Origin: a virus
Taxonomy: Duplodnaviria > Caudoviricetes
Length of the DNA stretch: 44,321 bases
IMG/VR virus record: IMGVR_UViG_3300024331_000116
Location: 1-44,321 of that record
Strand: one strand, 5' to 3'
Shown: piece by piece, positions 16,837 through 26,956 of the stretch
Layout: each line of letters opens with the position of its first letter
Position numbering within the stretch: the first letter of the stretch is position 1
Program-made: the position numbers and the translations under genes
Notes under the pieces: generated by a model
The model's input: only the letters and a program-made list of their open reading frames with translations
The model's database searches: none
What the model was told of the DNA's origin: nothing

Positions 16837-18494
16837 CAAACGAGATGTCGGTTGCCGAGGCGATGGCCAAGGCCCGTGAGTACGACAAGAAGCACGAGGA
16901 CATGCCGAGCGTTTCGCGGACACTGTCCGATGAGGTCGACCGCCTCCGTCAACTGCTCAAGCCGCACTTCTGCCTGTGCCAGGAGCGCAAGACTGACCCG
17001 AGCGCGCATGGTGAGCAGTGCCCGTATCGAACACTGACGGAAGGTGGGAAGTGACAAAAGATCGCGTTCTGAAGCTTCTGGACGACTTCACCGAGTCGTA
17101 TCACCGCGCTTGGGCAAAAATCGTTGGTGAGGATCGCTGCAAGGCAACTATGTGGGATCTGGCCCAGCTACGTCTCAAGATCGAGAAAGAGCTTTCGGAC
17201 GAACCGAGCGAGCAACAGGACGATTTGACAGTGGCGCGTGAGTTCATTCGCCGCTGCGTCGAGGCCATCGGTCGCGATCCGAATGTGCCTACCGTCGATT
17301 TGCTGGAGTTGGCCGATCAGGTTGTCGGCACCATCGAGCAGTACAAGGTCGAAGCGAACGCGGCGAAATCGCCCCACACCACCGAGGATGACTTTCAGCA
17401 CTTCCTCAGCTACGAGCAGCTGAGCCGCCAACCGGCGGACGAGCTGGATCGCCTGCGGCTGGCGTATTACGCGGGGGCGGATGCGCCACGGCCTGCGAAG
17501 TCGATACCGAACGAACTCAAGCCTCGATGGGATTGCGCCTGCAATCTATTGTCGTGCCCCTACTGCGGCCCGAGACTGAGCGTTGCTCTGAGATCGTCTG
17601 ACGCTCTGCGCACTGATGACGATCCGTTGAAACCGGCCATCGTGCAAGGCGCAGACTTCGTGCTCGCGGGGGCGGGGAAATCGGAAGCGGCTCAAGATCC
17701 GGACGCGAAGTGGTATGCGGAATTCGAGAAGGTCAAAGGTGTACATGAGCCCTACTGCTCTATGCGAATGTCTTTCGAAACTCGAAGCGCTCCAGCTCCA
17801 TGTAACTGCAAGCGACTCTCGTCGAGAACCTGAGATGCTCTACAGCGTTCAACAATTAATTACCGACGCCAACCAAACGCAGGTAAAGATGCCGTATGGG
17901 TCGTACGTGCCTGCTCGCCCGCTGTGGTGCTCAATAGGTCGATGGCAGCATGCGTGGTGGGTATTGACGGGGCGCTGCGATGCCGTCTGGTGGCCTGAGG
18001 ACGGCAATCCCTACAGAGCTGCGGAGCGTCGATGAGTGCGTCCACTGATCAACACGAAGCGCAGCTGGATCGCGAGTGCGAGCGGATCATGAAGATGACC
18101 GTTGAGGAGATGGCCGCCGAGGAAGGGAAGACGGTCGAGCAGATTCTGGAGGAAGGCCGGCAGTGCAAGGAGCACGTGCTGAAGTTCCTGCGCACGCGGT
18201 TCCCGGACTTCGGAAAGTGACAACGCAGAGGACTTGGTAATGAATGATTGGCTTGTCGTTGGTGGCATAGCTGCAGCGGTCGCATTCGTGGTCTATGCGA
18301 TGCGGTGCGCTTACTTCAATGGCGCCACTGACGGCTATGGCTACAGCAAGGAGCCGACCAATCCGGGGTATCAGAAAGCCGGGATGTACCTACGGCGTTA
18401 CATGGCTCATCGCTGGGAGGAGCTGAAACTCCGTCACGGGCCGCAGTGCCCCTGCCCCGAGTGCTATCACCAGCGCGTCACGCATACACTGTGA
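16833..18494 (+). CDS. Cluster of hypothetical ORFs (16833-17054, 17051-17833, 17835-18035, 18032-18220, 18234-18494)
   Basis: Coupled ORFs; the last has an N-terminal TM helix. Confidence 0.55.
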
Positions 18495-18826
18495 CCAGCG
18501 TTTAGCGGAGGATGACGTCCGTGTCTCCATGTTCCTTACCCTATATGACGCTGGAGCAATGCGAATCGGCTACGGCCTGCGCAAATATATTTTCAGCGCA
18601 CCGCGGCGTGACTCTGAGGGGCGGGGTTGGTAGAAAGTAGCAAAGGAAGGGGGTTTCTTGAAGACAACAATCGCGATTTGTGCAGTGACACTAGTAGTGC
18701 ACTGGTTCCTGCCATCGATCCACTATCACGTATGGTATCGCAAATGGTCGAGGCTGCCGGGGCATAACCCGTGGAAAGCAGCAGATTCCCAGTGAAACTG
18801 TTGTGCGCCGCGCTGTTTTGCAATTC

Positions 18827-18967
18827 CTATTTGAGCGGGATGCGTTCGATCAGAGCGAGGATGGCGAGCAGGACCACCGCAATCCATAGAACGTTGACCG
18901 GCTTGACGGCCGACCAGATTGCGATGACAAGGGCGGCGAGCCCGAGAATGACGGCGAGAGTGAGCAT
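18827..18967 (-). CDS. 46-aa two-TM membrane protein at the end of the lysis block
   Basis: MLTLAVILGLAALVIAIWSAVKPVNVLWIAVVLLAILALIERIPLK; RBS AGGTG. Confidence 0.65.
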   Translation of the reverse strand: MLTLAVILGLAALVIAIWSAVKPVNVLWIAVVLLAILALIERIPLK

Positions 18968-18975
18968 GGTTGCAC

Positions 18976-19500
18976 CTATTTGGTGACAGCGATCTTGTTC
19001 AATGCGTCAGTCTTGGCTGCGCTACCGGCTGAGGATCCGAAATAGTAGGCAACGATGCCCGTCCAGGCCGTGCCCAGCGAGCCCACCATGACGAGCATGA
19101 CATCCCCACCGCTGACGGGTTTTCCCTCCACAACGAGATAACCCAGCACCCCGAAGAAGCCGATGGTGATCAGGTAGGCCATATACTTCGGCGTCGAGTC
19201 CTTGACCGCGATCTCCCGCGCTCGAGCGTTCGCGATGTCGTCAAAGACCAGCTTGTCCTTTTCGATCCCCAGCTTCTCCAACTGAATCTGGAAGTCCTCT
19301 TCGGCCTTCTTCAGCGCCAGCAGCTGATCAGGGGTGGCGGTCAGCAATGCCGCCTCAGTGGCCTTGTCATCGCCTGTGGGCGTCCCGAGGACAGCGGAGA
19401 TGGCAGCACTGGCCAAGGGTCCAAACGGCCCTCCTACGGCCAATGCGACGGTCGGAGCCACGGTGCGTAGGATCTGAAGCGCGCGTTCGCCGAGCGTCAT
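18976..19500 (-). CDS. Holin-like protein (3-TM/GTA-holin type)
   Basis: VAPTVALAVGGPFG N-terminus, DIANARARE, two C-terminal TMs ending YYFGSSAGS; follows the endolysin. Confidence 0.7.
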   Translation of the reverse strand: MTLGERALQILRTVAPTVALAVGGPFGPLASAAISAVLGTPTGDDKATEAALLTATPDQLLALKKAEEDFQIQLEKLGIEKDKLVFDDIANARAREIAVKDSTPKYMAYLITIGFFGVLGYLVVEGKPVSGGDVMLVMVGSLGTAWTGIVAYYFGSSAGSAAKTDALNKIAVTK

Positions 19501-19850
19501 TATTTGATACCCCCAAAGCTAAGTGAGAAATGGTCCGCGTCGACCGTCTTGAAATCACCACCCCAGCAGCAATCCGGATCCAATGTCTTCCAGAACTCCC
19601 CTAGCGGTCTGTACTCCGCCGGATCGGTGAGGTACATGCCATCCTCGAATAGCTGCAGATCGACCGCCAGGCGCTGCGTGTGCAGGCTATGCGCGATGCC
19701 AGCACCGGTCTTTGCGTTCAGCGCGGCCTGCTCGGGCGTGCGGTAGAGCTCGCCGGCTGTGAGTTGGAATCCTTGTGCGTATGCGAAATCTATCAGCTTG
19801 GCGACGAGGGGTAGGAATCGGCGTTGACGCTCACCGAGGGTTTCGGTCAT
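19500..19850 (-). CDS. Endolysin, M15-family peptidase
   Basis: YRTPEQ...SLHTQRLAVD (SxHxxxxAxD)...WGGDF...DADHF. Confidence 0.9.
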   Translation of the reverse strand: MTETLGERQRRFLPLVAKLIDFAYAQGFQLTAGELYRTPEQAALNAKTGAGIAHSLHTQRLAVDLQLFEDGMYLTDPAEYRPLGEFWKTLDPDCCWGGDFKTVDADHFSLSFGGIK

Positions 19851-20107
19851 TTGCGTAACAGCACAATGATGGCCACGGCGATGCTCGGGATCAATCCAGC
19901 GGCAAAACCCCACACGCCTGATTTCAGTTTCAACTCGGTCTCCAAGACGGCTACCTTAATTTTAAGCTCAGATACTTGATTGATGGCCGCCGTGTTCATG
20001 GATTCGATTTTGTTCTGCAGCTTCTCCAGCAGATCATTGAGCCGCTGGATCTCCTTGACCGTGAGGCTGCGATACTCCGCAACGTCAGTCTGATTGCGAC
20101 TGGCCAT
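19847..20107 (-). CDS. Coiled-coil protein with C-terminal TM (holin/XhlA-like)
   Basis: Heptads then GVWGFAAGLIPSIAVAIIVLLRK; overlaps the endolysin start. Confidence 0.6.
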   Translation of the reverse strand: MASRNQTDVAEYRSLTVKEIQRLNDLLEKLQNKIESMNTAAINQVSELKIKVAVLETELKLKSGVWGFAAGLIPSIAVAIIVLLRK

Positions 20108-20522
20108 TGACAACACGCCTGACGAGAGCAAGGCCTAAAATCCCTTGGGCTGAGACAACTGGCCCGATGCTGATCTGTACAATGATGGTGCGCCCATTAC
20201 GATGTAACCCCGCAAGCGCCTTGGCCAGATTCATCGGCCTCACGGACGGATGCTCAAAGAACTTCGCAATGTGCTGAGCATGCTGACCCCCTAGATCAGC
20301 CGGGATCAGCATATGAACGGGCTCCCCGATCAACCGTGACCGGGGATACCCGAAGAGCAACTCGATCTGCTGATTGACATGCTGGATGATCCCGCCTTCA
20401 TTGATCACCAACAGACCGTCCGGTAACGCATCCAGAATCTGCGCGAAGGCGTCCGGATCAACGATGAGCTGTTCTGTCAGCTTGTCGTTGATCTCCTTCA
20501 GCCGATCGAGAGACTCAGTCAT
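20085..20522 (-). CDS. Stand-alone FixL-like PAS domain protein
   Basis: ILDALPDGLLVINEGGIIQHVNQQIELLFGY...LIGEPVHMLIP...HAQHIAKF...GLHRNGRTIIVQISIG. Confidence 0.88.
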   Translation of the reverse strand: MTESLDRLKEINDKLTEQLIVDPDAFAQILDALPDGLLVINEGGIIQHVNQQIELLFGYPRSRLIGEPVHMLIPADLGGQHAQHIAKFFEHPSVRPMNLAKALAGLHRNGRTIIVQISIGPVVSAQGILGLALVRRVVNGQSQSD

Positions 20523-20523
20523 C

Positions 20524-20715
20524 TCAGCAGTGCACAGCAACTGTCGGCATTGCCGCCATGAAACTGGTCTCGCCATCGGTCCAATCCGCCAGTCCCTTGA
20601 CGTTGATATCATCGATACGATCGCGACATGCCTGAGGCAATGCGCCGTAGATCGCCGGATCGTTGACTGCTGTTTTGATCGCCGCTCTCTGATTTATGAT
20701 GCCGCCTGCGCCCAT
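20524..20715 (-). CDS. Hypothetical protein
   Basis: 63 aa; RBS AAAGGA; tightly packed with its neighbours. Confidence 0.55.
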   Translation of the reverse strand: MGAGGIINQRAAIKTAVNDPAIYGALPQACRDRIDDINVKGLADWTDGETSFMAAMPTVAVHC

Positions 20716-20716
20716 A

Positions 20717-21091
20717 TTACTTTCCTTTCGGTTTGGTGAATGACTCAGAATCGAGGTTACCTTGCGGTCCTCGCGTGTAGTCCCCCGGAAGAACTAGCCC
20801 GGATCGATGGGCAACCACCGTCCAATCATCTAGTTTTAATTCGGTCATGCGATATTGCCGCCGTAGATCATCGAAATGATCCTCCATGTCTTTCTGGCGG
20901 GACAAGTTGAGCCCCATCACCACTCCGCAAGCACCGACGATCACGGCGAACAGAGCCACGAGAACTAACGTTTCACGTCCCAGACTGACCGTGACGGTGA
21001 CCGGAACGTTGGCGATATTGCCGCCACCGCGCGCATCCTGAGTCAGCGGATTATGAACATCCCGCGACGTACTCAGCGTTTGCGGGGCCAT
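20717..21091 (-). CDS. Single-TM protein in the lysis block
   Basis: TM LVLVALFAVIVGACGVVMGL then a coiled coil; start placed at ATG 21091. Confidence 0.6.
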   Translation of the reverse strand: MAPQTLSTSRDVHNPLTQDARGGGNIANVPVTVTVSLGRETLVLVALFAVIVGACGVVMGLNLSRQKDMEDHFDDLRRQYRMTELKLDDWTVVAHRSGLVLPGDYTRGPQGNLDSESFTKPKGK

Positions 21092-21561
21092 ATCGCTTCC
21101 CGGTCCAGCTCGTCCAGCTTCCGATCGTGTGCTTCCAGATGCTTCTCCTGCTGGTCCAGTCTCTGGATCAACATTGTAGTACTGTTGCTTTGGTTCGCCT
21201 CGATGGTCGAGAGCCTCCCGTTCATCGCCGACAGAATCCACACCAGCGCCCCCACGCCGCTCGCGATCAGCACCGCTACGATCTTCGCTAGATACCCCTG
21301 CCATGATGGTTCCTGTGTAGGTCCGCCCCGATAATCGACGTAAATTTCCTTCGAGTTCTCGCTTGCATAGTCCGTAGGACCGCGCGGAATCCGGCTCTCC
21401 ATCTTCACGGTAAGTGCGCCCAGATGTTTCGCGGCTGTCAACATACGGTCGAGGATTCCGTGGATTCGTACCCATACCGCCGCCTGTTTTGCCAGGACCT
21501 TACGAGCGTTAGTCTCCAAATTCTCCTGTGTGTCTGGAAAGGTTCCCTCTTCAGCCCCCAT
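21073..21561 (-). CDS. Single-TM coiled-coil protein in the lysis block
   Basis: TM IVAVLIASGVGALVWIL then heptads; RBS AAGGA. Confidence 0.6.
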   Translation of the reverse strand: MGAEEGTFPDTQENLETNARKVLAKQAAVWVRIHGILDRMLTAAKHLGALTVKMESRIPRGPTDYASENSKEIYVDYRGGPTQEPSWQGYLAKIVAVLIASGVGALVWILSAMNGRLSTIEANQSNSTTMLIQRLDQQEKHLEAHDRKLDELDREAIWPRKR

Positions 21562-21570
21562 GATGCGTCC

Positions 21571-23364
21571 TTATGCGATCAGCTTGAATCGGATGGGTCC
21601 CGCAACGGCCCCCTTCGTGCCCGAACCGGTAAAGGTCGAGTTGAACGTCAACGTGCCGGAACCTGCGAGAATCTGAAACGCCGTGAATGCTGCTGCGCTG
21701 TTGTTGAGCGCAACGCCCGGGAAGTTCTGATCGGTGGCGGGCCGGTATTTCGCGGGTATTCCCGTGATTGTGCAGGCGGTCGAGTTGCTCGTGGCAGTGA
21801 GTTGCGGAAGCTCAAACGTGCAATCACTGCCCTGCTGTACGACGCCAATCGTGGCCGTGGGCGAGGTCGTGCAATCCGTGAGCGTGCCGGTGAAGCTATC
21901 GAGCCGTCCGGAATACTGGTGAACGCCGTTACCGGTGACGTTGTGATAGGTGGGCCAGACGATCCCGGAATCCACCAGCGTCGAGCATCCGGTGTTATCC
22001 AGCAACCCTTGATTGCAGGTCAGATCCCACTTGGACGTGGGGCTGCCCGAGGTGAAATTCTTGATCGAGAGCATCCAGGCATTGGACACGAGAATCGCAT
22101 GCCCGAATCCACCCGAGATGTCATCCGCGATGGTGAATCCATTCGTGATCGAGATTTGCGACTGCCCGGACGCCGGCGCATCGATCTTGATTCCCCAGCC
22201 GTTATTAGCTTCGAGCCAGCATCCATCCAACGCAATGATGGACAGTCCCAGCGTATTGTTGATGTTGGCACCGATATGAATGGCGCCGGTGGTGAAATCA
22301 CCGACCGTTCCATTGCTCTCAATGTCGCAGTCCAGCATATGAAGATGCGAGCCACCGTCAAAGTCCAACCCCATGAAGTTGTTGGCCGTGAAGGTGCAGT
22401 TGGTGAAGAGCAGTCGATTGTCAGCCGATCCTGTCCCATCCGTACGGCAGTAAGCCCCAAAGCGACCCAGAATGAACTGGCAGCTATCGAAATAGGCGTC
22501 CAGACAGGAATGCAGATTCACGCAGGCCGAGAACCCCAGGAATAGAACATTGCGCATCACTACCCCGGCAACGCCATCCAACAGAATGCCGTCTGTGACC
22601 GCCATGTGGGCACTGCCCTGCAGAGAAATGTTCTCAATGACCAGCTGAATGGGTTGCGGATCGCCTTGGGGATTCGGCCCCAAAAATGACATCAGCGCAT
22701 TGGGCGTGCCGATTAGCGTCAACAAGGAAGTGGCGGCCGACGATCCCATGATGCGCAGCGAACAGGTCCCAATGACCCCCGTGAGCGTGAGCGACAAACC
22801 ACCACATTTGAAGTTGCAGTTTGGGCCAATCCAGATCACGCCATGGCACTGCAGCGCCACATTGAGCGCGTTCTGCATAGCAATGGAGGAATCCGCGCTT
22901 CCGGTCGGATCCGCTCCATAACGACGCGGATCAATGTAGGGGTCGGCGGGATAAGCAAAGTTCGTCGGTGTGACGGAGGCTGCATTTTCCGCATCCGTTA
23001 CAGGATAGATTTGGCTACCGATGAACTGGGCCGTAATCAGCGATTGGAAGGTGGCGGCGGTGGGGATGCCCTGGATATTGGTGGGGGTATCGATGGGATT
23101 GCTCTGCGCATCAAAGAGCGCAAAGGTATAGGTCACATTGGGAACGAGGAAGAGCTGGGCGGACTGACCCGAGGTGGTGGCGATTTCACCGCGGGAATTG
23201 AGGATGATGGGGTTGGCGTGCTGGATTAGACCTAAAGGATCGGCGTAAGTGGGGTATGGGATGCCGCCCACGGAGGTAAATAGCTGACCGCCGACCAGGA
23301 ACGTGCCGTCATTCCCGAAGAACTGTAGGATGGGCGTTGGCGATTGGGCAACAACAAGGGTCAT
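21571..23364 (-). CDS. Tailspike (virion-binding N-terminus plus pectate-lyase-like beta-helix)
   Basis: QFFGNDG..LVGGQL...TYAD...NPIILNSRGE N-terminus; DPRRYGADPTGSADSSIAMQNALN beta-helix entry; RBS GGAG. Confidence 0.85.
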   Translation of the reverse strand: MTLVVAQSPTPILQFFGNDGTFLVGGQLFTSVGGIPYPTYADPLGLIQHANPIILNSRGEIATTSGQSAQLFLVPNVTYTFALFDAQSNPIDTPTNIQGIPTAATFQSLITAQFIGSQIYPVTDAENAASVTPTNFAYPADPYIDPRRYGADPTGSADSSIAMQNALNVALQCHGVIWIGPNCNFKCGGLSLTLTGVIGTCSLRIMGSSAATSLLTLIGTPNALMSFLGPNPQGDPQPIQLVIENISLQGSAHMAVTDGILLDGVAGVVMRNVLFLGFSACVNLHSCLDAYFDSCQFILGRFGAYCRTDGTGSADNRLLFTNCTFTANNFMGLDFDGGSHLHMLDCDIESNGTVGDFTTGAIHIGANINNTLGLSIIALDGCWLEANNGWGIKIDAPASGQSQISITNGFTIADDISGGFGHAILVSNAWMLSIKNFTSGSPTSKWDLTCNQGLLDNTGCSTLVDSGIVWPTYHNVTGNGVHQYSGRLDSFTGTLTDCTTSPTATIGVVQQGSDCTFELPQLTATSNSTACTITGIPAKYRPATDQNFPGVALNNSAAAFTAFQILAGSGTLTFNSTFTGSGTKGAVAGPIRFKLIA

Positions 23365-23480
23365 CTAATACTCCATGAATCCGATGGCTGTCTGGATGTT
23401 GATATTTCAGATCGCACGGGCATGGGATAAGCGCCTCGCGCGCCGCAAGGCACAGTTCGATGCGTTTATGGAAAGGGTGT

Positions 23481-25481
23481 TTAAGGAGTTGTGAGGTCGG
23501 AGAGCTTCGCCGCCCACTTCCTCAAGGCGGCGGCTTCCGCCGAATTGCGGCTGAACTTGGCGCCGAGACTTTCCCCCAGAGCTGCACCCGCAATGCCACC
23601 GCCCGCAGCGCCCAGAGGTCCCAAGACGCTGCCCGCCGTGGCTCCCGCTCCCCCGCCGAACGCCGCCGCTCCTTTCGCCAAGGTCTGACTCATGACGCCG
23701 CGTTTCAACATATTGTGAGCTTGCGCCGCAGCGCCGGGGTAGGACTGATCAACCTTCAGGATCTTCCCCGCGGACTGCAGATCCTGGATATCGCGCAGCA
23801 ATTCGGGTTGATCAGCAAACGCGCTTTGGAGCTTGGCGGAGTTAGCCTTGACGACTTTCTCCACTCCCCGCGCGTTCCACTGACCTTGCGTGCTCGAACC
23901 GGCATCGTGGATCTTGTTCGCCAGATGCGCCTTGATCTCGGCTTTGGCCTGTTGGGCTAGGGGTTGGATCTCTTCCGGCATTGCATCCAGGGTTTTGATC
24001 ACCTGATCGAACTGGGCTGGAGGCAAGCGACTCAAGGTATCGGGGACTTTGTCGAAGGAGGTCGTGCGGTTGATCGGTGTCTGCGGATCCGACTCCATCA
24101 GCTTATTGATGCCTGCCGGGTTATCGAGGGTCTGCTTTTTCATCTGAACCAGAGCTCGGGCAGGCCCGTAGATGTCTTCCCCCGCACCTTTCAGCACATC
24201 ATTGTCGAGCGCATCTTTGACCTGTCCAATGGCGTGTTTGTTGTCATTGGTCCAGATCTGGTTCAGCCATTTGCGTACATCTTCAGAGCCCGCAACATTG
24301 AACCCGTTCGGGCTTTGCTTGCGAAACTCCCCGAGTTGGTTCTCGATGGAACTCAGCAGGTTCCCCTGATCTTTGGCGAGGAGCGTATTGCGAAACTTCG
24401 GGTCCTGCAGCAATGCATCAACACCTTCAAGCTTCGTGACCGGCGCACCGCCGGCCCGCTTATCCGCTTCCCCATAGAGCGACTTGCGCTGCTGGTCGAA
24501 CCAGTCGGACAGTGCATCGAAGGGCTTGGCGATCGTCTGTCCACGGTTGTTCACCGTGTCCTCATCGAGGCCCAGAGTACCGCCGGTCTTCTGCACGATC
24601 TTTTCGGCATGGCTTTGCAAGGCTTGGCGTTCGGTATCGAATTGAGCCTTTGCGGCCGCTCCAGCGGGCTCATCGAATCGGGAGAGCTGGAAGTCGGTCG
24701 CGGCGGATTTGGCATCGCCCGTGAGGGCGCTCTGGCGCGCTTTCTCGAGCCCCACCCGCTTCAATACGTCTGCTCGAGCAGTGCTGGCCTCGGGGGGCAA
24801 TCCCCCCTCCACGGGCTCCGTATCGACCTTGACGCCCGGAGATCCGGGAATGTCCGCGGGCTCAAAAGGAGCGGCCCGCGGCGCGCCGGAAGCACTCAAG
24901 GGAGACTCTGCGGTGACCGGTGCGATGGTTGGCTCTACCCGAGGCGCGGCGGTCGTGGGGAACCCCTTGACCGGCGTGCCCGTCATGGGCTCCATCCCGC
25001 CCTTGAGGCCGAATGCGGCCAATCCCCCTTGCAGTACCGCGCTGGTCGCGCCCGCGGCCCCCGGGCTACCGCTCTGCTCGCCGACCACATCACTCGCCTT
25101 GCTGATCGCCATGCCCGGCCAGTTCAGCGGATTGACCTTGCTCTCAAATGCGCCGGTGATCTCTTTGGAGAGCGGGTCTTTGGGCTGGTAGGTGTGCTCT
25201 TTGATGTAGTCCTGCGCGCGCGTATCGGCCTCCGCGATGCTTTTACCCGTCGCCAGGTCGTACATCGCCCGGCCGCCCGCCAGGATATTGGCGCCGATAT
25301 TCGACACCGCATGCAGCGCCAGATCGCCGCCGGCCTCTTTGATCGACCGGGTATACACCGGCTTCGGCGCTTCGGGCGTGGCCTCACCTCCGGAAGTCAG
25401 AAAGTCGTGAGTGGGATCACCCGAAGACTCCGGCTCTCCTCCTCCACCGGAGGCTAGAAAAGCCTCAACCGGATCACTCAC
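23481..25481 (-). CDS. Putative DNA ejection/internal virion protein (P22 gp16 position)
   Basis: 666 aa, Ala-rich and helical; third of three ejection-type genes. Confidence 0.6.
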   Translation of the reverse strand: MSDPVEAFLASGGGGEPESSGDPTHDFLTSGGEATPEAPKPVYTRSIKEAGGDLALHAVSNIGANILAGGRAMYDLATGKSIAEADTRAQDYIKEHTYQPKDPLSKEITGAFESKVNPLNWPGMAISKASDVVGEQSGSPGAAGATSAVLQGGLAAFGLKGGMEPMTGTPVKGFPTTAAPRVEPTIAPVTAESPLSASGAPRAAPFEPADIPGSPGVKVDTEPVEGGLPPEASTARADVLKRVGLEKARQSALTGDAKSAATDFQLSRFDEPAGAAAKAQFDTERQALQSHAEKIVQKTGGTLGLDEDTVNNRGQTIAKPFDALSDWFDQQRKSLYGEADKRAGGAPVTKLEGVDALLQDPKFRNTLLAKDQGNLLSSIENQLGEFRKQSPNGFNVAGSEDVRKWLNQIWTNDNKHAIGQVKDALDNDVLKGAGEDIYGPARALVQMKKQTLDNPAGINKLMESDPQTPINRTTSFDKVPDTLSRLPPAQFDQVIKTLDAMPEEIQPLAQQAKAEIKAHLANKIHDAGSSTQGQWNARGVEKVVKANSAKLQSAFADQPELLRDIQDLQSAGKILKVDQSYPGAAAQAHNMLKRGVMSQTLAKGAAAFGGGAGATAGSVLGPLGAAGGGIAGAALGESLGAKFSRNSAEAAALRKWAAKLSDLTTP

Positions 25482-26956
25482 GGCTGCCCTGTCTGCATAA
25501 GTTTCACGAGATTGCGGCGCTTCTCAGCCAACGCTTTGAGCTTCTCCGGTCCCAATTCCTTCTTGATCTTGGCGAGCTCGGGTTTGTCTCCATCGCGGAT
25601 CGCGTTCTCCACCCGAAAGACATCGACATCGAAGTTCTTCGCCCACGCGGCTTTGAAGGCCGGAAGTTTGGTGTAATCGACGTTCTGTCCCATCCCTACC
25701 GCGTGATCGACGCCCTGGCGGTATTGATCCAGGGCCGTCGTTGTGGCGTCGTTGAACTTGGTGACCGCTTTCAGAGCTTCAGGACTGAACGACGTGCTGC
25801 CATTCGCCTTGGCCGCAGCATCGAGCCTCGAGTCCGACGGCGGACCGCCCATCGCGGTCATGTTGTTGATGGCGTTCTTTTCCAGGAATTTGCCGACTTC
25901 CTGATACGAAGCGCTCGGCGAGAGGCCAAAGGGAGCCCCCACAGCGCCGATCACATGCTGCCAGACATCGGACCCCGGCCCTGTTTTCGCATCGCCTGAG
26001 AGCCGCAGAATCTGTGCATTGATGTTACGCGCGAGCGGGGCTTGCTGGGCTTCCTGCCGAACGTTCTGCACCTCATCCTGAAAGGTGGCGACGTCCTTGC
26101 CTTGCCCCTGGTAGTTCGGATTCTGGAAGTCCGCGGCTCCACCGCCGCCCGGAGCAGTCACCGGCGTTGCGGTCCCTCCGGGTCCCAGCTTGTAGGCACC
26201 GCCCGTGGTGGGTGAGGTGATGACCTGGGGCGCAAAGGTCTTGGCGATTGGCTTGCCGGCCGGCGTAAAGGCACCGGGAGTGGCGCTCAGGGGCGAGGCC
26301 GTGGCCCCGGGCTGGATCATGCCGCCGGTATCGATCGTGGAAGCCTGTGGGCTGGTCTCGGCGATCTGCCGGCCTACATCCTGCGTCTGCAGTTGCAGCG
26401 TCTGGATAGCCTGCGAGAGCTTCCCCTTCGGAGCATGCTCCACCATGGGCCCATAGATCTGCGCGACGCGGGCAGCATCTGGGCCATAGGTTTGCCCGAA
26501 CTGCGCGAACGCATTCGTCATTTTCTGACGACCGGCGGGAGTGTCGGCCATCACGTCGGGATCGGTTTTGAGTCCTCCAACGACGCTACCCAGATTACTC
26601 AACTGATCGCCGTTGAGTTTGAGGAGCGATTGCTTAGCCCCTACCTGTGATTGTTTGATCTGGGCGGCTTTGGCGAGGATGTCAGGATAAAAATCACCTG
26701 CGGCTTGGCGGATGCCCTGATCCTTATTGAAGGAATCAACATCGAGCGTTCCATCCTGACCGGTATGCTTAGCCCAATCAATTTTGGCCATTGCTGCGCG
26801 CTGAGAAGCATCCTGTTGCTTCTGCTGAACGTCCGCGGCTTGGCCTGCCAACGCCTGCCGTTTGGCCGTGAGCCCCATCAGACTGCCGATCGTTTCAAAT
26901 CCCTTGCTCGGACTGACATCGACGGATTGGGCGACGGGAGCACCGAAGTCAGCCAT
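25478..26956 (-). CDS. Putative DNA ejection protein (P22 gp20 position)
   Basis: 492 aa, Gln/Ala-rich; synteny. Confidence 0.6.
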   Translation of the reverse strand: MADFGAPVAQSVDVSPSKGFETIGSLMGLTAKRQALAGQAADVQQKQQDASQRAAMAKIDWAKHTGQDGTLDVDSFNKDQGIRQAAGDFYPDILAKAAQIKQSQVGAKQSLLKLNGDQLSNLGSVVGGLKTDPDVMADTPAGRQKMTNAFAQFGQTYGPDAARVAQIYGPMVEHAPKGKLSQAIQTLQLQTQDVGRQIAETSPQASTIDTGGMIQPGATASPLSATPGAFTPAGKPIAKTFAPQVITSPTTGGAYKLGPGGTATPVTAPGGGGAADFQNPNYQGQGKDVATFQDEVQNVRQEAQQAPLARNINAQILRLSGDAKTGPGSDVWQHVIGAVGAPFGLSPSASYQEVGKFLEKNAINNMTAMGGPPSDSRLDAAAKANGSTSFSPEALKAVTKFNDATTTALDQYRQGVDHAVGMGQNVDYTKLPAFKAAWAKNFDVDVFRVENAIRDGDKPELAKIKKELGPEKLKALAEKRRNLVKLMQTGQP

